A stretch of 64,000 bases of DNA from Iphione sp. A-MEVVRFRX5. Lineage: Eukaryota. The stretch spans positions 38,812,001-38,876,000 of the forward strand of contig OZ320316.1 in assembly GCA_976226885.1 (NCBI GenBank), given 5' to 3'. The position numbers were made by a program, and so were the translations under genes. Positions 11,601 to 28,323 of this stretch are shown here, piece after piece. Below the pieces are notes generated by a model. It worked only from the letters and a program-made list of their open reading frames with translations. It was not told the origin of the DNA and searched no databases. Position 1 is the first letter of the stretch; every line of letters starts with the position of its first letter.

Positions 11601-12408
11601 AATTGATGGACCTGGTTAGCAGACTATTTGGATTATTTGGATGATCTTCTGTCCAGTTCACAACACTGAGAAGGAAACAGGGGCAGAGAATTTCGCCCGA
11701 GGACACCTATTTCTAAACTAGATCGGTCCCAAAGTGCTAAGATCATAACATTGTGAGCACATGGACATGCTTGTGACAAGTATTTATGCAGTTCTATCGC
11801 ATTCACACACAGGTGCCAAACCTTCGTCACCCTCCTCTTTGTATATTTACAGGTATCGTACATCTGCTACTTAGTGGACAAATTTGCCCTAAAATCTCAA
11901 AACGACGGTACCCTCTATCCATTGAAACAGTTTATTTATAGCTTCCACTTATTAAATCCCTGCTCTTTAATTGTCGGTATTTTTACCTCTTGCCCACACT
12001 CAAAAACATTAATACTTATATGATAATTGCGACATCTGAATGCAAATAACAAACGATCTTCATTGCATGCAGCAAAGGCAACGCCTCTTCTGTCGAGGGT
12101 TGCGAGCTCAGGCCAATTTGGTGAAGAGTATTGTTCAGCAGCGTCCGGAGAATGGCTTATCGAGAGACCCCGAACACAAGCCGGATCCTCAACTTAAAAC
12201 CATAATAGGCGTGCTGCAGGAGGCGAGGGAGGCTCAGGATGAGGAGGACGCAGCTCGTCTGATTGCCAAGGAGTGGTCCCTGATTGCCATGGTCATAGAC
12301 AGGCTATTGTTCGTGATTGTCACCATTATGGCCTTTTGTTCAACCGCCATCATCATATTTGACCATATGAAGCTACCTGATGGTGAACCAGTTACCTGTA
12401 AGCCGTGA
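2558..12408 (+). CDS. Cys-loop ligand-gated ion channel, nicotinic acetylcholine receptor-like non-alpha subunit (7 coding exons, 474 aa); gene span
   Basis: Exons 2558-2609, 3077-3216, 3824-3868, 4830-4939, 7309-7850, 11373-11572 and 12073-12408 all have GT-AG boundaries with matching phases (1,0,0,2,1,0) and sum to 1425 nt, one open frame. Signal peptide, WxPDIxLY, Cys-loop C-x13-C (CGLNVRYFPFDEQRC), GEK-M2 and four TM helices are present. The 140/45/110-bp exon sizes are typical of nAChR genes. Confidence 0.95.
3077..3216 (+). CDS. nAChR exon 2 (GTCNLTEYHLLQNLFDEY...INQIIDV)
   Basis: TTTTCAG acceptor, 140 bp, N-terminal helix and beta1 strand, donor GTGACT. Confidence 0.93.
3469..3771. 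mobile_element. PIF/Harbinger-type MITE in nAChR intron 2
   Basis: TTA|GGCCTAAATGAATATCTGCGTTTCCGGCAAC ... GTTACCGGATACACAGATATTGCTTTAATAGGCC|TTT. About 30-bp imperfect TIRs, near-TTA target duplication. Confidence 0.7.
3824..3868 (+). CDS. nAChR exon 3 (DDTAETLKSKLWIRL, loop D)
   Basis: TTTCATAG acceptor, 45 bp, GTAAGT donor. Aligns to the DEKNQxxxxxxWxxx segment. Confidence 0.9.
4830..4939 (+). CDS. nAChR exon 4 (SWIDHNLRWDP...IWTPDITLYQ, loop A)
   Basis: TTTTCCAG acceptor, 110 bp, GTAAGT donor, W-x-D-x-x-L-x-W-x-P and WxPDIxLY motifs. Confidence 0.95.
5430..5970 (+). mobile_element. Penelope-like retroelement 3' remnant (GIY-YIG endonuclease C-terminus plus 3' region)
   Basis: Frame from 5435 reads VARHF...LRISVLEFF*...REQLERRWIYHLQTVIPSGLNLMD*, matching the PLE GIY-YIG tail pattern (VARHF...WIxxLxTxxPxGLN). 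One internal stop. A hammerhead-like motif follows. Confidence 0.75.
5928..5970 (+). ncRNA. Degenerate minimal type I hammerhead ribozyme-like motif (PLE-associated)
   Basis: TAGCGC-CTGATGA-GACATTAATGTC (perfect stem II palindrome)-AAAAC (GAAAC with G>A)-CACAA-GTT-GCCTA. Confidence 0.45.
6493..6721. mobile_element. MITE with CAGGCCCGTAGCCA TIRs and apparent 5-bp TSD (AATGC)
   Basis: AATGC|CAGGCCCGTAGCCAGG ... CCTTGGCTACGGGCCTG|AATGC. Internal (CT)n and duplicated TAGAGAGGTGGAACTCCTG. Confidence 0.8.
7309..7850 (+). CDS. nAChR exon 5 (loop E, Cys-loop, loops B/F/C, M1, M2)
   Basis: TTTTAACAG acceptor, GTAAGG donor. Contains CGLNVRYFPFDEQRC, FGPWAY, RKPLYYIFNL and GEKVNLGITIFLALTVF. Confidence 0.97.
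8013..8077. repeat. ~28-bp tandem duplication
   Basis: ATGAATAACAACAAAGTTCCGTAAGAA x2. Confidence 0.85.
8256..8433. mobile_element. Tc1/mariner-pogo-type MITE
   Basis: TA|CAGCGGAAACTC ... GAGACTCTACTG|TA. Confidence 0.7.
8918..10449 (+). mobile_element. Decayed Crypton (DUF3504-type tyrosine recombinase) DNA transposon in nAChR intron 5
   Basis: Frameshifted fragments YLDETNYG, ANAITMEEELKL*...ETPKGLQNALWY, GDLTLKKD..GESYNEWVTKTREG, HPKLWA, TNYSVRKT and QLSGHKSTSSLSYY...QQQKDM match the CryptonA/KCTD1/ZMYM-type recombinase. Internal GT-AG intron at 9455-9750. Ends are approximate. Confidence 0.8.
11373..11572 (+). CDS. nAChR exon 6 (M3 and MX helix)
   Basis: CTCTTTGTAG acceptor, phase 1, GIYFATSMCILAFATAATVLTLNIHHR, donor GTAATA. 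Confidence 0.92.
12073..12408 (+). CDS. nAChR exon 7 (MA helix, M4, stop)
   Basis: EWSLIAMVIDRLLF matches the MA-M4 motif EWxxxAxVxDRxxL. TGA at 12406-12408. The 5' acceptor (TGCAG at 12072) is the best phase-0 candidate but is less certain. Confidence 0.88.
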   Translation, partial: QRQRLFCRGLRAQANLVKSIVQQRPENGLSRDPEHKPDPQLKTIIGVLQEAREAQDEEDAARLIAKEWSLIAMVIDRLLFVIVTIMAFCSTAIIIFDHMKLPDGEPVTCKP

Positions 12409-13799
12409 GTAAAAACACTGAGTTGTAACCAGAGCGCTGTGAAAGGCACATGATCAACCATTTGCAGTGGTGTCCATATGTATCAGTAACATTTATGTGG
12501 GTTATTGATTGAATGTGATCTTGCCTCCGGCATCTGTTAGGATTGTTTTGCTGCAATCGATATCACTCAGCACCTATGTATATAGTGTGTTTGGATTACT
12601 GTCCCTAGCTAGGTGGTACTCTCCACTTCAGATCAGCAATCTCGAATTCAAATACGATTATATTATATATTGCATTGAAGCTTCGGACACTTCCCTGTTT
12701 CCTCGCCGTTTACCGTGATTCTCGTTATTGTTGGTGGTTATAGTTAATGTAGGTAATCTGCAGAATTTCGTATCTTGTTCCTGCCTTGCACATTACATTG
12801 TTTGTTGGAGTTAGCAACCTGTTATGGCATTCTCCGGCGAATATAGGTAGGCTCGAACACCTCATTTATGTGGAAAAGCCACTTGCCGAGACTAAACGAT
12901 AGATGCGACGATCTAGATAGAGGAGACAGGTTATTCAATACTAAGAGAGCATGTTTCTCACTTGTTTTTCCCGGATATCTGAAATATCTAGAAAACAATG
13001 GGTGGCCAAGAATAGCACATGGCAAAGTTGGCCATGAACTGTTGGCCTCTTGTTATATCTTCTACATTCTCCTTAGGTGACCCTACATTTCATACCCTCT
13101 GAAACAGAATGCAATCTAACATGACAGTGTTAAAGGGAACACTGATAAACGGTTATTGCACTGTGTCTGATCGATACTTCCAGAAATATCAAACCTTCTT
13201 CATATATTAACATGGCTAAAACCAAGTATTATATAATAAACATGCCATTTAATATATCTTGTAATATAATACATAGTGAGCATAATATCAACATTACTTC
13301 GTTTTGATACCCATGACTAATATATATGTATGTGTATACTTTTATATGGAAGAGCATGCAAAGAGCCAACGCTGTTCTAAGCATAAAACTGATTGCTCAA
13401 GGAAGGAGTATTGCAAAGAATGTCTGAATTCACTGCAAGATAAATGTGGCATTGGAAGTTAAATGAATGGTGCAAAAATATGATTTTGACAAAATTATTG
13501 AATTCGATTTAGAAGAAGGGGTGTGAGAAATTCTATTCACGAAAACATTTGGAAATGGATATGACTTCCTTTACCAGTATCTTTTCATAAGAAACCTCCA
13601 CCAATTTTCTTTGCTGTTGTAATGTTATCTATGTTATGTATGATATTTTAATTATTCATGTAAGCTTTACTGTACAACTACATATATATATTATCATGAC
13701 ACTTGTTTTCTACTAGCTGAGCAATATAAAAAGATACGTCATGAATAGTAACACATTTCATTATGAACTCTCACCTAAGGTGCAATCCGATCTAGTGAG

Positions 13800-14450
13800 G
13801 TCATCGGACACATTTGCTGTCCCAGATGATTTTCCACGTATTTGCTAATGATGAAGTACCACCTGACCAAGTTAAGCTTTAAACTGTGTGACCTACATTC
13901 AGACAATGAAGTCTGAACATCACTTTTTTAACCTGCTGATGGGATATCCTCGTATTGGCGCTTTGAGGTTATCATTTTATCCATGGTAAATGAATCAACC
14001 GTCACTTACATTGATGCCTGTACTAGAATGACCACTTCCCTCACCATATTTTTCCAAGGCATGTGTGACAATCAATGACGCCTTGTTGATGCCTTTGATC
14101 TATTTTGTCAATATGAACCTAAGTTCGATTCGAAGTTCAAAGATATGAATCAGCCATTTCCGGGCTGTAAGGAACCATGTACTCGATGTTTATCTATGTA
14201 ACGTTTCAATGTATTGTATTTGCGATAGAAGTGGGATTATTCATGTGGTGAATGATGTTTACACGGAATGACCTGCGTCAAGCAGTCTTACTGCAGTGAA
14301 TGGAGGTATACCAACAGTCTGGTACGTTTTGGATCCATATTCTCCAACTTTATCATGATGAGCCATCTCCATATTGCACGAAGTCATCCATGTATTTCAG
14401 GAAGAATATTATATTGTAACCAGGTTGTGCGATCATTATTTATACCCCAT
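13800..14450 (-). mobile_element. Possible heavily decayed retroelement RT fragment
   Basis: FFLKYMDDFV (YxDD-like) at about 14400-14380 on the - strand. Flanking similarity is weak and interrupted. Confidence 0.25.
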
Positions 14451-15839
14451 TGAATGGTTCATACCACATGACTTCGCTGTACAAGTAAATAAGAAGCAAT
14501 TTTTTTTTGTGAAATAAACATGCCATATACTCCTTTCTAGGGTTAATGTATATATGCCTAAACTTTGTAGAATCTTTTCCCGGCCCCACGTCTATCCTCC
14601 TTTATTTTCTAAGTATTTAATCTATCCTCATTAGAAGGTTATCCCAGTGCAAATTTGAAAATACTTTCTTAAGTACGCCTTATAGAGCTATCGACTGTAT
14701 TACCATGTAAATAGTTCCTTAATTCCTTCCTCTGCTACTTCCACTTACATTCAATGAAAAGTTTTCGGAATTTTCTCTGAATTTGGTAAATACAGCAATA
14801 ACAACTGGAACATTGTTTTGATTAAATGTCAATATTTGAATCCTCCTATAATGTAACAATATCAATCAAGCCTCGGAGCCAGTCTAGAAGGGTCGCCCCG
14901 TGCTGTTTGGAGATTAGTTTTCAATATATTTCAGCATCAGTATTGATACTGAGCGGCAAAATTAGAGAAAAAAAGAGTAAGCATAAGTATTCTTTTATGA
15001 ACACAGAAAGAGAGGGAGAGAGAGAGGGAGAGTCCTGTCCTACTAGTTTCTCTTTATACTATCTATATAAAACGTTGCCCAATAGTCCTGGCGAGATGTA
15101 AAGGTGGAACTCTTTCGGAATTTACCGAGTGTACAGGACTTCGTAAAGCCTAACTCTACACGCTTTGTCTTGTCATGAATATGATAATGAGGAAAAACGA
15201 GTTATTACAGCTGCATTGTGGTGATCTACAATAGGTTGTTTGCTAAACAGAGAGGAAGAGAGAGGGGGAATGGTGCACCACTGGTTTCCATGATTCTTTA
15301 ATCTGTGTACATGTAGAGAAAATGGCATTCCCCTCCATAGGCTTCGAGAGGGGAGTGAAGAAAAGAGCAACTGATTAGGCCTGACCATAGATGTTGACGA
15401 GGGAAGGTGAGAGACGGGATTAGTGGTAGAACTTGATAGTGTTACCAACGGCTGTCCTGATGTGAAGCAGCACAACAAACACACACGGAGTACAACCTAG
15501 GGAGAGGAAAAGAGACCACATGCACCACAACTTTGTCGTCCCTTCTTCACTGCCCTATACATCACAAAGACAGCAAGAAATAGTACAAAGATACTGTGAG
15601 TCTTTGCCACGTGTCTCCTTCGGATCCTCCATGCAAGACAACCTCCTAATAACTGCTTTCCCTTTAGTCTGTTCCCAAATGGAATGTGGAACACATCTTT
15701 AATGTTTTCTGTTTCACATTTTTGTGTCTGAAATAATACACAGTCCCTATGTCCTGCTGCTAAGTGCATACATATGTCCCACAGCATGGACCTGTGTGTA
15801 AACCAGAGAGGAGGGGGAGGAAGAGAGACGGAGAGAGAG

Positions 15840-15897
15840 AGTACATTCTTCTTTAAAATGTCATAGAGATAGTACATTCTTCTTTAAAATGTTATAG
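15840..15897. repeat. 31-bp tandem duplication
   Basis: AGTACATTCTTCTTTAAAATGT(C/T)ATAG x2. Confidence 0.85.
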
Positions 15898-16732
15898 TGG
15901 AATCCCATCAAGTCTGTATCAACTACGAGTGCAAGCGCCGAAGGTGCTTGTTAGTTATGTAAAGCGGCTACTGTCAAAAGTGGTAGGCGAGTTTCCTACC
16001 GGTAATCATCAGTTTGTCCGTTTGCAAAGGAAACAATTGAACCATGCCTACATTTCATACTGCTAGAAGGGAACTGATGCCACACAATCATGCATACATA
16101 CGCAAATGACTAAAGCCAGGGAGCAGAAAGAGCAAAGGAGAAAGGAACCACAAAGGATTAAAGAAAGGAGCCACAGTGGTGCTTGAATATGTCCCTCTCC
16201 AGAAGCAGAACGACTTAAATCTGTCTTTCTTGGCTATGATAAGGAATAGATGATGCATGTGCTTTCACTTATCAGTATGGTTCTGTTTCACTGCCAACTG
16301 CTGATGGATGAACTTCTATCTTATCACACGTGGCGAGGGCAGGATATCATCAGATTGACGGAAATACTAATCCTTATCATACCTCGTTTTCAAGCATCTT
16401 AAAGAGATTAAGTTCAGAAGGAGCTCAGGCGGAAGATTGTTTGGATCCTGTTTCAGACCTTGGGGGTAGATCTGACACAGTTCTGATATCATACGCGTAT
16501 CTTATAATGCAACCAAGACCTTATTATAACCTGTCCTAATAAATATTTAGTCAGATCCAGCATGACAGGGGAACTTATGGCGGAGATTTCATCTATGGAA
16601 GGCAGCAGTATGATTATTAACACACACTAAGGGGACGGGTGGGTTCACAGAGAAGGCCTAGTGGGCTCATTTCTTTTATTTACCAAGTTTTTCTTCATTG
16701 TTACAGTCCAATTTCATATTTCTAATGGGTGA

Positions 16733-16740
16733 TTCATCAT

Positions 16741-16785
<45 letters not shown>

Positions 16786-16828
16786 GATCAATCATCATGA
16801 TCAATCATCATGATCAATCATCATCATC
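16733..16828. repeat. (CAT)n microsatellite with a CATCATGATCAAT higher-order variant
   Basis: Directly visible: about 15 CAT units then 3x ATCATCATGATCA. Confidence 0.95.
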
Positions 16829-17139
16829 GTGCGACTGGCAGATTCGATTAAAGCTAATTTTCACCAGGATATAGCTATGATGGTGACCATCAATTGGCAC
16901 AAAACTGATAGTATTAGTGGTTATAAAGGAATGTTTGGTTACAGTTGTTATTCCCTTTCGAAATCCAGGGATATAGCAGTAAAATATTGTACATTATAAA
17001 TGTACATCAATTATACATGCATTCACGCGTGTACTTCTGCAAGCACCATACAATAGCGGCTCTCGTATATAATCCAGTCACAGGCTAGCATCATCCTATC
17101 ACAGGCTAGCACACGCATCACAGCTCATTCAACGGGGCT

Positions 17140-22310
<5,171 letters not shown>

Positions 22311-23085
22311 TTTGTTGACACGCCGGCGTCCCACTTCCACACTCTGTATACCAGTCCGACCAAGGCTCAACCTCTGTAGAGTTTCTTGTTTCACAGTAGA
22401 TGGCGCCCAACGATCATCACCGTCACTCGAGCCACCTTTGAACAACCTGTGTCTCTAAAACCTCTAGCCTTGTTACAAACGACACCCCCAAAACGTCTCC
22501 ACAATGCGATATCCAGCATGACCAAACCACAGCATTGTGGTAGTGTGGTAGCTACGTTAATTTCGCATCTCCTCTCTTGCGTCTGCCCTCCCGTCCTTCA
22601 TCTCCTCTTCGCCCCTTAGCTTAGGTTTTCTCCTCCAAACCCTCTCCCTAGCTTCCCTTGTCCAACTTTTCAGACTGAGAGTCCACGGTTCAGAGATGAG
22701 CTAGAACACGTGCTGCAACTGCAAGGGGGACACAGTTGTCGGCCAACACAGAACCATCTGAAGAAAAAACAAGGGCCGGATCCTCCCTCTTCATCTGCCC
22801 ACGCCTCTATCCATCTATCACGGCCCCCATTGAATTATTTTTCTCGTGGAATCAATATATACGCCACCTCGATCGCTCTTTTTCTGACGTAGAAACATAA
22901 GTTAGTTAAACAATAATATTGCAGTAATGATGAAAAAACATGTTGAGAAGGTTATATGGACATTGTGGGGGGTGATTCCTGGCAAGAAATCAACATTTTC
23001 CCCCATATTTCCTCCCATTTCTTCACTTTTCATCGCTTCTCCTAAGGTATTTTTTTCTCTGGGTGGACCACCTGACCTCTGTGGG

Positions 23086-23129
23086 GGGTTATCGGTCAAT
23101 ACCCCGATAACCCCTTGGCTACGGGCCTG
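23086..23129. mobile_element. Right end of a second copy of the 6493-6721 MITE family
   Basis: GGGGGGTTATCGG..AATACCCCGATAACCCCTTGGCTACGGGCCTG is nearly identical to 6675-6721. The left TIR was not found. Confidence 0.7.
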
Positions 23130-23429
23130 GCAAACATAGTGGAGACATCATATTAATAGGACTATTTCATAGTTACCATTAATTTTTATCCCATAATTAT
23201 TTCATTTTCTTATTTTGTTTCTTGTCTTAATTATTGCACATCTTGATCAAAATGGTAAATAGCTCTGTACATATAATTCCTAAAAAGTTACTAAGGTATA
23301 AAATGATAAGGTGGCAAAAGAGTTGAGGTGCCAAATGGTCATGATGTGAAAGTCATAATATGGCGTGAAACCGGTTTAAAATACCCTATCCATGTGCATC
23401 ACGCTGGGTCATCAGTATTAGCTTTCAAC

Positions 23430-26400
23430 TTGAGGTCCAAGAAGTCTGCCACACAGACCAAGAAGTCTGTCACACAGACTAAGAGTACTTTTGCAGAGCA
23501 GTTGGCTGCAATGATGGTAGCCCGGCATGGAAGGTTAATCTAGCTGTCGGAGGGGGTAAGCCAATTGGGTTTAAGAGTGATTCAGGAGCAGACATGTCTG
23601 TGATATCATATATAAACTACCAGAAGCTATAACCGAGACCACCACTCAAAGCAGCTGCGGTCAACCTATCCAGCCCAGGTGGACCCCTGAACTGCAAAGG
23701 CAACTTCAGCAATAATACCATGCTGAGGGAGACTAGGTACCAGTTTCGTATACTGGTCATGGTGAATGAAGTCAAGAACTGCCCAGTCACTGATGACATT
23801 GGCTGCCTCAAGACAGACCCAGTCAAAATTGTACTGAAGGATGATGCACAGCCATTCGCCATCAATGTTGGCCGTCCAGTGCCTATTCCCATCTTGCCAA
23901 AAGTTAGAGAGGAGCTCAACTGTCTCATGATAGCAGGTGTCATAAGAGAAATCACAAAACCGACTCTATGGTGCGCTCCCATGGTGCCAGTGGTCAAGAA
24001 GTCTGGAAAAGTTTGTTTTTGTGTCGACTTGAAGAAGTTGAATGTCAATGTCAGACGAGAGCACTTCATCTTGCCTACCCTAGAGGACCTCACATCCAAG
24101 CTGTCTGGAGCTACTGTGTTCTCCTGTCTGGATAATGCCAGCAGGTTTTATCAGATCCCTCTTGACGAAGATAGCCAGGAGCTGACGACATTTCTAACTT
24201 CGTTTGGGAGGTATTGCTTCTGTTGCCTACCCTTTGGCATTACATCCGCCCCTATGATCTTTATGCGAAAAATGCTATAGGTTCTCAGTGGAGTCCAAGG
24301 TGTTTTCACCTACATAGACAATATCCTCATCTATGGTAAAGACGAGAAGGAGCATGACAACAGGCTGGTGAACGTCTTAGGTGTCCTCAGACAAGCTGGC
24401 CTACAGCTGAACAAGGACAAGTGTTCCTTCTGCCAAAGTGAACTAAAGTTTCTCGGGCATAAGTTCACCAAGGATGGAGTTTCAGCCAACCCAGAAAAGG
24501 TTGAAGCAATCCAGAAAATGCCAGCACCATCTTCAGTCACCCAGTTGAGATGGGTATTAGGTATGCTGTACTACCGTGGGTCATACCTGCCAGACTTACA
24601 TGTTGTCACTCGTCCCCTCAATGACCTATTGAAGAATGACGTTGACTGGACATGGGGACCCACACAACAGAAGGAAATCCAGAAGATGAAGACCCTCATC
24701 TCGTGAATGCCATACTCACCTATTATGATGTCACCAAGCCCACCACAGTAAGCGCAGATGCCAGTTCCTATGGCTTCAGGGGAGTACTCCTGCAAGATCA
24801 TGGGGATGCCCTGAAAGCCAGTGGCATTTTACTCCCGAACACTAAGTGGAGCTGAGCAGTGATATGCCCAGATATAGAAGGAGAGCTTAGCAGGTGTCTG
24901 GGCATGTGAAAAGTTTGATCAATTCCTCTGCGGACTAGAGACTGTTACACTGTTGATTGACCACAAGCCACTTGTTCCTCTCATCAACACAAAGGATCTG
25001 GATAATGTGCCCCTTAGATGTCAAAGGCTGTTGATGTGTCTCATGAGATATAATGTCCAGGCCAAGTATGTGCCAGGGATGGACATGTATGTGTCTGATG
25101 CTCTGTCTAGGAGCCCCATTAGCATGAAGGAGATAAGTAGCACTGCGGAAGATGTTGAGCTGTATGTCCAGTTTGTTGAAACTGGCTTCCCGGTATCACC
25201 CTAGAAAAGGGACAATCTAAGGCACTCTACTCAGAACAATCCTGCACTGTAGGCAGCCATTGTGTATATCCTCACTGGATGGCAAAAGTATGAAAACGAT
25301 GTTCCCGACAGCCTACGTGAACTCTATGCTCACAGGGCAATGCTGTCCGTGACACGCGGACTTTCAGTGTTTGGCAACTGGATCATCATTCCTGCTGCCA
25401 TGCAACCCGAAATCCTTGATAGGATCCATGAGGGACACCAAGGTATCACCAAATGCCTTGAGAGAGCTCACCTTGGCATGTTGTGGCCAGGCCTGACTGC
25501 AGACTTTAAGAAGATTGTTGGAAACTGCCAGCACTGTCAGTCTGCAAGACCAACACAACGAAGGAGCCACTGATGCCGACTCCATTACCCCAAGGCCCAT
25601 GGCAAAGGATTGCTATTGACCTGTGTAAATTCAAGGGAAAGGACTTCCTTGTCATCTGCGATTATTATTCCAGATGGATCCAAGTTTTGCTTCTTTCAAC
25701 CACATCTGCGGATGCACTGATTGGATGTCTGAAGGACAGCTTTGCAAGATTTGGGGTCCCAAAGGAAGTTATCTCTGACAATGGGCCCCAATTCACTTCA
25801 TCGGAATTCAAGAAGTTTGGTGAGAAGTATGTATTTAATCATGTGACCACAAACCCATACCTCCCAAATGCAAATGAAGCTGAGTGCACAGTCCAAACAG
25901 CTAAGCGCATCCTGAGTCAACAGGACCCCTGGCTAATGCTCATGATTTACAGAGATACTCTGATCTCTGCCACTGGTTGCAGCCCATCTCAGCTGATGAT
26001 GGGTCGTCAAATTAGGACAACCCTGCCAGTCTTACCAGCTACACTGGAACCAAGATGGCCCACTTGAGAATTGGTTCCAGCAAAAGACCAAGTTAGTAAG
26101 GAGACATATGCTCATCACTACAATCGTCATCATGGTGTGCATCCTCTATCACCACTGTCAATTGGTGAGCAGGTAGCCATAAAGACCAATGGTCAGAAAG
26201 GCTGAAATCAGCCAGGCATCATCAAGAGTGCTGCAAGATCACATAGAATCACCCACTTGTGCTACTAGAGAAACCCCTACCACATCAGAGTCAGGCACCA
26301 AGCAGACTGTTTCTGCTAGCCTGGAACTGTGCTGATCCTCCCAATCAGTCACAAAGCCACAGTGTCTCATCGAAAGTTGCTAAATAAATGTTAGCTATTG

Positions 26401-26650
26401 GGTTAGTCTCACTATTGGTCAGAATAATACCAGAGACCAACTCATGGGTATTGAGCAGCTAGTCTACTCACATACCTAAGGAATATACCTATTAGTAGAT
26501 AAGTCGACACATGTATTCACAACTACTATAGATATTTCCTGAACTTATTGAACTAAAGACTTTAAGAACATTGCAAAGTAGTCTATTACCATTATGATTA
26601 AGCAACTTACTCTAAAGCTATTTTTATTCTTTTCCAAAAAAAAGAATATG
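23430..26650 (+). mobile_element. Decayed Ty3/Gypsy LTR retrotransposon pol (PR-RT-RNaseH-IN)
   Basis: Protease FKSDSGADMSVIS (~23570), RT WCAPMVPVVKK / CVDLKKLN / YIDNILIYG, RNaseH SADASSYG, integrase HEGHQGITKC..CxxC, IDL, DNGPQF. Many stops and frameshifts. Possible polypurine tract at 26636-26646 followed by TGT. No LTR pair found. Confidence 0.95.
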
Positions 26651-27052
26651 TAATGACATGTACTTGTGCTGCCTTCAAGTGGCAAGTTTAGGAACTACAG
26701 AAAAAATCTTCCTTCAAACATGGCCTCCAGCTCCATTGTCTAGTCTCTGTGTTCCTCCCTGTATACAAAGTCAAAATACCCAGAACAATATTTTTCAGTA
26801 AGAATGATAAAGATGCAATAGTTCCAGAGTGTTTGTTGTTTCTCTGGTTGGCTAGCTGCATATTTTCTGGTGCATGGCTGTTCTGTTGGTGCTGCTGGTT
26901 CCACCTCCTTGGTGAGATATTGTTCTAGAGGAGGACGATCTGGAGGGAGGGTGCCGTTTCCCCAAATTAAAGGCTGCATTTTTATGTAGTTGTTTGTCAC
27001 TGAGAGTGTCACTCTATACTTGTTCACTGTTCTGGTGTGGTGAAGGCTCTAG

Positions 27053-27252
27053 TTTCCCTGCTTACTGGTTGGGGTTTTTTTTATTGTTCTCTTATGGATG
27101 TTGCTTTTGTACCAAGCTGATTTTGTCGTATGGAGAAGTGTAGTGTTTCCCTGGTTACTGGCTGTTTTTTTATCGTTTTCTGTGGGTGTTGCTTTGGATT
27201 CATTCTCATAGTATTTTGAGGGACGCTATTTTTCCCTGGTTGCCGGCTGCGC
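27053..27252. repeat. Three diverged ~90-bp units
   Basis: TTTCCCTG(C/G)TT(A/G)C(T/C)GG(T/C)TG at about 27053, 27146 and 27232. Confidence 0.6.
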
Positions 27253-28323
27253 TTTTGGTTTGACTTGGTCGCTTCCCGGGGAGGATGTTTCCTCCTCTGT
27301 TCAATCTGTTTAAAACATGTTTTGAATTGTAGAAGATGGTGGAAAATTTATGGCATTGGGAGGATTTACAGCGTGGTCTGTTCAATGATTGTACGAGCAG
27401 CCTTCAAGATAATAATATTCCCGTGTATACTTTTGTATACAGTCTGTATAATTTGTACGGTTCTGTGATCTTGTAGTACATCAGTGATAGGCTAGTCTCA
27501 GACGACACCAGAGTAGTTTATGGCGTGTTGGTTTGGGAGTTGGGGTTTGGATCGTGGTGGTTGGTTTGTGTGGGTGAGGAGTTTCTTTTTCAGGCTCTGG
27601 TGCCAAATAGTTATGGTACAAAATGGAACAGGTTTAGAAAGGCCCAAACTGACTTAGGATATTATTTCGTCGCTAGCTAAGAGAAGGGAAGATCACTTTC
27701 TTTCACCTCCCTCTGGTACCAACCCCTTCCAAAGCCACCATTTCCACATGTGCATATTTGGCGTTCGTTTCTGGCTGGAACAACATGGCCTCCAAATCTC
27801 TTTTGATTGAAACACATTTCCTAACAGATCTATCAATTTGATAACAGATTTCGGTTATATTAGAAATCCTATATTCTGGACGGAATCAGAGACGTCCTGT
27901 GTTGGTCTGAAACTAGTGAGATTTCACTGTAATACATAGACACTCTGTATACATGTATACATGTATACATTATCATTCCTGTAGGTACAGTACGTATAAG
28001 TGAATTCATAAACAGTCAGTATTTCGTCTTTCTCTGCAATATGTGTTGAGGAAATTCCGTTTAAAGAATATCCTTTTGTATTTTCTTATCTTTTACTGAT
28101 ATGTTGTTTTTTAAGTTCACTACACTATCCCAAATCAAATACACTCACGTACTTCGATACCGTTTCAGTCGTTCAGAATATGAGTAGTATTTAAAAGATG
28201 TAGCCGTCCTCTAACGCGATGGCACAGTTTTGTGTTTAAAGATAGGGAGATATTCGAGATGAACAGGAAGTTCACTATATGAACTCTATGTGGAAGAGTG
28301 CGTGGGCATCAATCTTACTCTGT

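Noticed and set aside
11623-11755. Possible extra nAChR exon in the M3-M4 loop
   Set aside because: All candidate acceptors lead to stops before the GTGAGC donor.
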